Of a DNA stretch of 32,989 bases, positions 24,507 through 32,989 are shown piece by piece; position 1 is the stretch's first letter, and the number at the start of each line of letters is the position of its first letter. Under the pieces are notes generated by a model. That model was given only the letters and a program-made list of their open reading frames with translations, was not told the origin of the DNA and made no database searches. The DNA lies in assembly GCA_964255285.1 (NCBI GenBank), contig CAXUUL010000096.1, positions 1-32,989 on the forward strand, in the 5' to 3' direction. This DNA is from Ionaspis alba (lineage: Eukaryota). A program made the position numbers and the translations under genes.

Positions 24507-25689
24507 TTTGGTCCCTCTCCGCATGTCGTCAAGAGCATGAAGGAGCGATATATATTTGCGTTACGGATAAGCCTGGTCAGTCCTTATATGAAAAAATCGG
24601 TACAGCAAAATGTCTAATTAAGGCTAAACAAAGCGAGGTGTCAACACGTCAAAAACATCAGGGTCATTCCGTTGAAGGATGCCAACCAGAGAATTTTTGA
24701 AGGACGGCTGTTGCGCCATGTCGACAGATAAACGCACCCGCAGGGCAATGTGATTCAAGCTTGGAAAAAGTTTAACAAGAAGAGGCCATTCCTAGTCAGC
24801 ATAGACGTCAACGGTTATCTTCTTTCAAAGAAAGACCAAGAAATTTGCTTCTTTCTTTGGGGATGGCCTTTTTACTCCAGTGTTATGAGTGCCTTCTTGG
24901 GCAGGCTTTTGACCTGTCACGGTATTCCGGTGACAATTGATCCACTTTCGAGCTCAACCATATACATAAAATCAGCATTCAGCTTGGGAATGACGCTGCG
25001 GTTTTCCTAATAATTTGACAGTACATCGTCGCTCGGCACTCCTCTTCCGATATCGTCTCCCACAGGTATCAAAAGCTAGACCGCTCGACCTGTGCGCATC
25101 AGGAGTAGAACTACACTGTATTGATCTGTGCATTAGCCACTCCTCCCTCCATAAACTCTTAGTCTCGTATAAGAGGCCCGCGAGGGTTCGTAATACTAGC
25201 AGTAATAGCCCACACGAAAACTATTTATCGAAGGGCATAGTTAACGAAGGGTGAGATCGTAGAAAACCTATATGATTCAGAGTCACCCACAATGCGACCT
25301 AGACTATAGCATTGTTCATACTTCAGATAGATGTCGTAGATGCCTGTGGCACTATTGGTATCAGAAAATTACCTTTGCAAAACAATTAAACGATACATGC
25401 ACAAAAAGCCGCTGAGCCCGAAAAGCAAATCAACCAAAATACCTCGGGAGGATCACAGTCACAGTTATGAGCTAAGACGAAAAGGGTAATGCTACGGTCC
25501 TTTTGGAACATAGTTGATGTAGATGAAAGATGGTCCATTCTTTCTATAAACTACTGCTAGGTATTTAACGTACCGATCCGTGGATAACTCACGGAAGGTA
25601 CCTGATTTGTGGCAAGCACGGCCACGTATTGTGACAGGTAACTTACTAAAATTTATATACAAGCTTAAAGAGATCACAGAGATAACCCT

Positions 25690-26069
25690 CAAAAACAATT
25701 ATTTTATTAATTCAACCGCCTCTGTTTTCGTTTTCGTTTTCGTTTTCGTCAAAAATTTCAAGATTTGTTTTAATCGAATTTTTTTTATATTGTTGTTGTT
25801 GTTTTTTTTTTTTTTGTCGTTTATGATCCAATTAACCGAACAAATTAATCTTTTTTAAAACTAGCGAAAAAAAGACAATTTTTTTTGAAAAATATTGCAG
25901 TTTCAATTGAAGGCTTTCCATATAAACTAAATAAATAATAAATATAGTTTTTTGGGGGGGGGGATTTATTTTTGTGATTTTGCGACAAAACTTCAAAAAC
26001 GTCGAAAACACCATAAAATATTGAAAAATCGTGAAAATATTGATATATTTTATTTTATTGTGGACTAGT
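25690..26069. mobile_element. AT-rich low-complexity island, possible degenerate (RIP-like mutated) repeat remnant
   Basis: Hand count about 24% GC over 25741-26040, versus visibly GC-balanced flanking genes. No credible ORF; sharp right edge at GACTAGTTC. Confidence 0.45.
25724..25815. repeat. Microsatellite cluster: (GTTTTC)4, (TTG)4, poly-T
   Basis: gttttc x4 at 25724-25747; ttgttgttgttg at ~25790-25801; T14 at 25802-25815; also G10 at 25954-25963. Confidence 0.85.
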
Positions 26070-26279
26070 TCATGACTGCGACTGTAATCCTCCCGAGGCA
26101 TTTTGCAAGTCAACATCTGACAGAGTAGATTATGGCACGCTAGTCCCGGAGGAAAAAAGGTGCTCGACGATATCAGATGGATGTCTACTTGATCATCCTT
26201 TGAAGATCACAATAATTCACTGTTAGACTTAGCATCTGACCAATTCTCTTATTCCTCTCTTCTCCCCAGCATACCAAAG

Positions 26280-26845
26280 ATGCCTCGCCAACGTCGTGGT
26301 GCAGTGGCACCGGCTCGCAGTGCCCCTTCTCGACCAACAGCTGCCCCGGCACGTCCACATGTGACACCACCACAGCAGTCCACTCGGCCAAACACCACGG
26401 CGGCTTATCCAGCTGCTCCAGCTACAGCTACTCAGCAACCAACAGGCAAGAATCCAAGCATTTTTGGGCAAATGGCGTCAACTGCAGCGTAAGTTTGTTG
26501 CGAAACCCGCATCATCTTCATCCCGTTGTTCTACCGTGTTATTCTCCCATTCATGCTAATCTATCTCTACATAGCGGCGTTGCAGTTGGTTCCTCGATTG
26601 GTCACGCGGTGGGTGGATGGTTTTCCAGCCAGCCCACAGACGTCCCAGCTTCCGACAGCGCTGTAGCATCGCAGGCTCAAAATGGACTGGACCAGAGCAG
26701 TACCGTCGGTCGGAACTGCGAGGTCGATGCTAAGGCGTTCACGAGATGTCTAGATGAGAACAAGGGCAGCGAGTACCAGATGAGCGTGTGTGGATGGTAT
26801 TTGGAGCAATTGAAGGCTTGCCAGCAAGCTGCCACTCAGTATTGA
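26280..26845 (+). CDS. MIX17: Mitochondrial intermembrane-space twin-CX9C protein Mix17/CHCHD2-like; exons 26280-26488, 26575-26845 (159 aa)
   Basis: MPRQRRG start, PSIFGQMASTAA|GVAVGSSIGHAVGG, and twin CX9C (CEVDAKAFTRC...CGWYLEQLKAC). Confidence 0.93.
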
Positions 26846-27293
26846 TCATTCAGAAGCCGAAATGGGAGGATCGTGGAGTGACGACTACGAGATGGACAGG
26901 CAAAACGCCGTGGTGGACTTTGAAGCATAGCAAAGCGACCTCGCATGGCCTTGGTCTTTGTCCGTAAACTGGCATGGTATATCGTCGAACTTTCAGCTAG
27001 CAGCTATGTTGTACTTGGATCGATATGCTTCTCCTCCTTTGACCCTGTTGACTACTTAGACTACGACGGTGTCTTCTGCCACTACACCATTGTAGCTACT
27101 CGGCAAAAGATCGTTCGTAGGAGTCGTACAAACTCTGCTAACAACCCCAAACAAAACGAAATTCAGATGCTTCTATCCTAGCTTGTGAATCTCTTAAATA
27201 TATACACGTACTCCCTGCTAGTTGTCGTAGTTTTTGAAACTCAACGATGCGGCGAATTGTCATCTAGGCATTGCCTTTACTAACTGAAAAGCA

Positions 27294-28932
27294 CTAGATT
27301 TCTTCTTCCTTCTCTCTGTCCTGAGCCTTGCGTGGCTCGAAATTCAACTACAGATATCAGCTGACGAGGTTCTCCTGCGAATTGCTCTAACGCACCTGGT
27401 TGCCGTTATAGAATTGCTGCTCATCTGTTTGACGACTTTCATCCGTCAGTGTTCGAACCTCGAGGCCGGAACGTGAGTCCTTGACTTGTGCTTGCGGGCT
27501 GGCTGGCAAGTCGTGACCGGATCCTAACAGAGACTTCAGACCACCAGAAGCGATAGCATAGCTTGCAGTCAGAAGGCTATAACCGCTCGAGAGAGCTTTT
27601 GAAAAGAGCCCACTATCCGAATCATATGCGGCAGTGAAGTTCTGGACTGGAACCATAACCAGTGTGGCGCTGGGTGTTAAGGCTAGTGACTCTAAGGATT
27701 CTTCTTCTTCAGTCATAGCAATTGGTCGATTTGGCCTTGGAGCAAGTATTTGTTTGAAACTATAAGGATGATCGCCGTCCGACCGTTGTTGAGAAATCCA
27801 ATCTCGGACATGAGTACGCAACGTTTGATCTGAGGGAAACTTAGAACGTAGAGTGCTTCCATTCAAAAGCCGTATTTGAATTGCGCATTCCTTTGCCGAA
27901 CTTGGTCTCAAATGATTAGCTTCTGCTGACAACTCCTGATCCACCAAACCATCGGCGCCATCGCCGGCTCCAGATTCTGCTTTGATAAGTTCTCTGTGCA
28001 GTTCTTCTTTGTATTTTCGCTCTAGCTTGTCGTTTTCTATAACCTTTAGTATTCTTTCACGCTCTTGACGAGCCTCCTGCTGCCGCCTCCGCTGCTGTTG
28101 GGCATAGCTCAGCTGTTTCACTCGTGCAGAGTCTAGAGTAGCATTCTCCGCTTGTAAGAGATTAGCTTCCGTTTTGGAGCGACGTTTGGCCCTTTCGGTC
28201 TCTGCTTTCCTCTTCCGTTCTACTTCGATACGTTTGCGACGTTCTTCGAAGACACTTTGGACTTCTGGATCATGAGTTGGTGTGGTAGTATGCGCTAGAA
28301 GAGGCTCGGCATTCGCTGGCCTGGAGTCGATATTGGCAACGTCAGGTAATGAGGTGGGACTTGGGACAGTAACAAACGGATCGTTCTGCTTGGACCCCAG
28401 AGCACTCAATAGACTATCTAGGAACTGAGCCTTAGAGACACCCGCACTCAGTTCCAGACATAATTGACCATTGCTAGGTGGAGTGTTGAATTAGCAACGT
28501 GTGAAGCACTACCTCTTGCGGTGAAGGCTGGACATTGGGACAGGTCAACGTAGTGGATAGCTTACTGAAAGACCACGATGCATGGCAGAGTGGGAATAGA
28601 GTAGAAGACTGCCAAGTGCTCATATTCTTGGGAGTCAGTGTGAATGCAGAAAACGAGGGCCTTAGCTTTCAGCTCCATGCGGATCTGACAAGAAGGGCGA
28701 TTAGAATAGATACAGTCTCATACGCAAGACACCACTTACCGATTCATCCTGTAAGAATTCATCCTTCCAGGCAATGCTCTCATCATTGGTTCCTTGACCC
28801 AATCCAATCAATGCGTGATCGATTGACCATACGAGCTTTGGGACGCTGCAAACCTTTGACGAAACATACAACAAATTTCGACTCTTGTATTGCCAGGGCT
28901 ATGCCACTCTGTAAATCACCACTGTGAAACAT
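27294..28932 (-). CDS. UBX-domain Cdc48 cofactor (Ubx7/UBXN4-like); exons 28932-28854, 28792-28740, 28684-28566, 28473-27396, 27347-27294 (~460 aa)
   Basis: MFHSGDLQSGIALA N-terminus, coiled coil ERERILKVIENDKLERK, UBX domain AIQIRLLNGSTLRSKFPSDQTLRTHVRDWI...LALTPSATLVMVP, C-terminal QFYNGNQ|LNFEP. 1383 nt in frame. Confidence 0.88.
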
Positions 28933-29261
28933 ATCGTTGGACATCACGGTGGAACGGGCCACATGCAAAGGGTGCCCAGTAGGGTATTTTCACGAATGTA
29001 AGCTCGTGAAAATCAACGGGCATGTGCAAGATTGAGAACAACTCTGACGAATAAATAGATGAGCGAGGCAAAAAATGTGGTTCGCCCGTTTCCAGCTAAT
29101 TATGCCCGAGTTTGTGGAGTCACAATTGCATACCGTCCGCGCCCGTCCCTAAGGGTAAGTGTGACAGCGCTACTGCGGCATTTTAGTGACCTCGAAAAGA
29201 TAAAGCCCTATTCAATAGCTTCAGCTATCGTTCTCTGTATCGACTCTGTCCGTGCTCGTCA

Positions 29262-30403
29262 ATGCATCGGAATTTTGCAAAAAGCCTGGCTCTTCCTTTG
29301 ATTTCAAAAGCAGTGCACATCTCCATGGCTCGCAGCAGCCTGATTGCCAACCGTTGCGTCGGCCAATGCCGCCTCGCCCACAATCCAGCGGATAGTCCAA
29401 ATTTCACGTCCATTGTCGACAACCCTCCCCAGCTGGTGAAGAGCGGAAAAAAACATGGCCCGGGTCTGATTGTTCTAGGTCTGGCACCTGGTGAGATTCG
29501 ACCACTGCGTGGCTAACGTGATTGCAGCCATAATCCCGATCACCGCATTTGCTCTGGGAACCTGGCAGGTGTTTCGACTTGGCTGGAAGACAGAATTGAT
29601 AGCTCGGTTCGAAGATCGTCTGATTCGCGAACCTCTTCCCCTACCACCGCAGATTGACCCTTTGGCAATTAAGGAGTTTGATTATAGGCGGGTGCACGCT
29701 ACCGGACGGTTCCGGCATGATCAAGAGATGCTTATTGGTCCTCGAATGCATGACGGAAATAATGGATATCTCGTCGTCACACCACTCGAGCGAGAAGGTG
29801 AGGGCACCACAATTCTTGTGAATCGTGGCTGGATTCCCAGGAAACTCTACCGACAGGCAGACAGGACGGAGGGGTTACCCACTGGTCAAACAACGGTCCA
29901 GGGCCTACTGAGGGAACCGTGGAAGAAGAACATCTTCACCCCGGACAACAAGCCAGAAAAGGGTCAATTTTACTTCCCAGACGTGGCACAAATGGCTCAA
30001 GTCTCTGGTAGCCAAGCCGTTTGGATCGAGGAGACAATGGGTGTGTCTCACGGATTTAACACTTGATCCAATCAAGATTTGAGACTGACAAGCTATACAG
30101 TTCCAAATCTGCTGGAAGCCTATGACCGAGAAGCTAAAGGGATTCCGATCGGCCGTGCGGCGGAGGTGAACCTGCGAAACAATCATACACAATATATCTT
30201 TACATGGTCAGCTATTCCAGAATCAATTGCTACCGAAGTCTTTCCAACGATAATTGTTGTACCTTCGTTTGCCCAAGAAGCTAAAATTAATTGGACAACG
30301 TAGGTATGCTCTATCTGCTGCGACTACAATTATGCTATGGATGGTAGTACGCAAACCTCCGTCGGATATCGCTCGGAGAGTCAGGCAAAATAAGGAATGG
30401 TAA
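29262..30403 (+). CDS. SHY1: Cytochrome c oxidase assembly factor Shy1/SURF1; exons 29262-29478, 29528-30040, 30101-30206, 30304-30403 (311 aa)
   Basis: IPITAFALGTWQVFRLGWK, EFDYRRV, GYLVVTPL, ILVNRGWIP, LRNNHTQYIFTW|YALSAAT. Three GT-AG introns in frame. Confidence 0.94.
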
Positions 30404-30459
30404 ACGACGAGAGGGGCAGCCAAATCTTATCTGCCATTTTCCTTCGATCGAAACAAAAA

Positions 30460-32211
30460 TCACATTAATGGCACCGCCTCGGAATGTACAGGCCTACCCT
30501 GTTCCATTCGAATGTCCTGCACTAATTCCCTTGAGAGGTATCTCTGTGCCAAGGAGAATGGCGTATTGGTAGTATTCGGCAGTCTCTGCCGGTATGAGGT
30601 GTAAGCACGATTGCTCCGAACGAACGAATCCACGTTAGAGACTGGACAACGCACCTTCGCATCAAAGCATTCATATCTGTTTCATCCACCATCATCTTGC
30701 CGGCATGTTCTGCATACGCACCAAGGTCATCGCCCATCTGCTCGAAGAACCGTTCGCTTGCTTGCGCGACAGCTTTTAGAGTTGTCTTCTCTACTCTTGC
30801 CTTCCTGTTGCTGTTCGGCCCTATTGCCGAGCTTACAAGCCTCTCGACTTTCCCTCTTGGAATCCATGAATATACAATTCCCATGACGTGACGATCTTCG
30901 TTCCCTCGGATTGAGCTTCTGGAGCTGGGTGGCGTCGCTCGGGATGCCTGACGGCAGCAATGCGGCCCGTCGCAAACCCGCATCAATGTCCACGGTCTGC
31001 TCAGGACACGGATCCAGACCTGCAGGAAGTGGTTCTCTGTCTGAACTGATTGGTAAATCAAAAGCGAAAGTCGTATCGCCGTCATAGAGCAGTTTGCGAC
31101 CACTGCGATTATCATAATGGATCGAAGAGTCTCTCAAATCTAGATTCATGAGCCACCTTAGATCGGCAGTATCTTCACTATACCTGGTCAGCCCACGGTC
31201 GTGGGAAATGATACGTGACGATATACTGACCCAAGGTCTGTGGTTTGGGTATCTCTCTCATGGTCCTCTGGACCATGAGAGAGCGCCTCTGGTCTAAGAG
31301 TGTCGTCCGTAGGAAATTGGGTGGAATCATCTGGTGTTCCGAAGGAGCCACTTGATCGCGAATTTACCAGACTCCCTCTTGACAACCTACCGTGCCACTT
31401 CGATCGAGCTGTGAAATCGAGTCTCGTCTTATAAATGAACAGAAAGCCGTGGTGGAGCGTCAAAGTCGTCGTCGCCGTCGTTTTCATTTTCCTCAACCAA
31501 AAGTGACGATCTTGGCCTTGGAATGTCATGATCGTCCTCCAATTCCTTGTTATCGGGTTTAGAATGACGCTTTGCACTTTATGCCGCAGAAGGAGCCGGC
31601 TTGATTGATACAGAGTCTTTTGACAAGACTATTGAACAGATAGGTTAGCTGGGACTTCAGCTTTCTCAGAGCAATCCGCTCAATCACGTAAGTATATCAT
31701 TACTAAGACTCCGTAGAACATCCCTGGGAGTCTCGCGCTGCGAAGGCCCTCTTCTGCCCCTGTCTCGACCTGGAGTTAGTGCAAATACTACTCGTCTTTG
31801 TTCCAGTGCTCGAAGCCCATGCGAAGTTGTGTGTTTGGCGCTTAGTCCGGAGTGATTCAGCCGAACGACTCCGCCTGGTGCAGGACCATCGAACCGAGAA
31901 GTGGTGCTAGAAACGTGGTTGGATCGCCGAATCCTATCAATAGGTACAGGAGGCTTTCTTATCATACCAGTGAGTTGTCGGAGCTAAACGACGAGCTGTC
32001 AGACACTGCACGGAAGAGCTATGGCACAGGGCCATACACTGCTATACGGGGTTCCCGTAGTATGAGATGATTCTAGGCTCCCAGAGCCAGTATTGTGAGG
32101 TGTCCGGCGTGACTGTACAGTATCCAGAACTGCAAACTCATCCTCGAAGCCATTCTCAGGACGGAATGTAGATTGGGGCAGCTTCGATGAACGATGCGTC
32201 GGGCCCAACAT
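30460..32211 (-). pseudogene. cnp20: Disrupted CENP-T (Cnp20/Cnn1) inner-kinetochore histone-fold gene
   Basis: Recognisable segments TPYSS|LRQL, ALTPGRDR...QRETPRDVLRSLS, PRPRSSL, APPRLS, GRLSRGS, DTTFAFDLP, SRHG, and histone fold AQASERFFEQMGDDLGAYAEHAG...MRR|QR...TPFSLAQRYLSRELVQDIR. These are interrupted by in-frame TAA at 31581-31579 and 31431-31429, frame changes near 31392 and 30879, and a non-AG acceptor at 30592-30590. Confidence 0.8.
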
Positions 32212-32628
32212 GGCGATATCTAACACAAGATGGCCCGAGCAGCGCCTCAGTACACTCAAATGCACGATTACGATATGCCGAGTACTCGGATATGTACATC
32301 GACTAATTGGGAGGCCAGCAGATAGTAATTGTCGATCTCTGATGTAGTTGCTAGCGTGGCACGCGCCTGACAAACCAGATGATACACCGAACGAGATATT
32401 GAGCAGGCTCACTTTCTAAGTCCCTTAAAAACAATGGATTGTAGGCGGATAGTTTAGTGAGCGTGTAAGTCATAAACATTGACCCGGCTGGGCAACAATT
32501 GTAGGAGCACCACTTTTTTGTGTAGATATCATTTATTTTGTCAAGCATGTGCGCGGGTGTATAGGACAAGACGCAAACTTCGGTCTTCGTACGAGGAAGG
32601 CTAAAGATCCTAACGGAATTAATGTGGA

Positions 32629-32985
32629 ACTAGTCTCGCCCACCACCAAAATAATTAAACCACCAATATAATCACTAAAAGTCTTGGTATTTTTTTTTTC
32701 TTTTTTTTTATTTCCACGTTTCTCTACGCCTTTTATATATATTATATTAATAAATTAACGCGTATTTATTGTTTATATATTAATTTTTATAAAATATTTT
32801 TATAAAAACGCGAAATTCGATTTTTAAAAACTCTCGACGTTTATAAAATAAATTATTTTTATAATATTTACGAATTTGTTTGTATTTTTAATATTTTTTA
32901 TACAATTTTACGTCGTCGAATAATTAAAAATAAATTAATTAAAAAAAATTCAATAAACGTTTTGATAAGGTCAAGCCTTACTAGT
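32629..32985. mobile_element. AT-rich island bounded by ACTAGT hexamers, probable RIP-like mutated repeat remnant
   Basis: Hand count 38/240 (about 16%) GC over 32701-32940; 13 of 16 G residues are in CpG; ACTAGT at 32629-32634 and 32980-32985. Confidence 0.5.
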
Positions 32986-32989
32986 GGAC

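Noticed and set aside
25492..26116. ORFs across the AT-rich island
   Set aside because: F/I/K/N-biased translations are artefacts of low-complexity AT-rich DNA; no transposase motif is visible.
31387..31581. A-to-I editing, stop-codon readthrough or an alternative genetic code rescuing the CENP-T stops
   Set aside because: Known fungal restorative editing converts UAG to UGG. Here there are two TAA codons plus two frame changes and a lost acceptor, and TAA/TAG/TGA act as normal stops in neighbouring genes.

Overview
Gene-dense eukaryotic DNA from a filamentous ascomycete (Pezizomycotina-type short 45-125 nt introns with CTRAY-like branch sites). I reconstructed 16 protein-coding genes by hand, and every spliced length is a multiple of 3: M20 amidohydrolase, ASH1-like H3K36 SET methyltransferase, ERF2 DHHC palmitoyltransferase, a small conserved single-TM protein, PMT1, PRP21/SF3A1, SEC2, PDCD5-like, COQ4, an RKM2/Set11-like SET protein, ketopantoate reductase, C1D/Rrp47, MIX17/CHCHD2, a UBX protein and SHY1/SURF1 (15 apparently expressed), plus a CENP-T (Cnp20) kinetochore gene that appears pseudogenised. 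I see no tRNA, rRNA or CRISPR and no recognisable novel multi-gene system. The most notable observations are: (1) the multiply disabled CENP-T gene among intact neighbours; (2) a candidate CUG-initiated micro-exon of SEC2 overlapped by a 5-codon uORF; (3) an apparently C-terminally truncated C1D/Rrp47; (4) two short AT-rich islands, one of which retains G/C almost only in CpG, sharing a GACTAGTTC edge; (5) a small protein with NDUFA4/COXFA4-like architecture; (6) a GC-AG intron. Family assignments come from motif recognition from memory, not from database searches.
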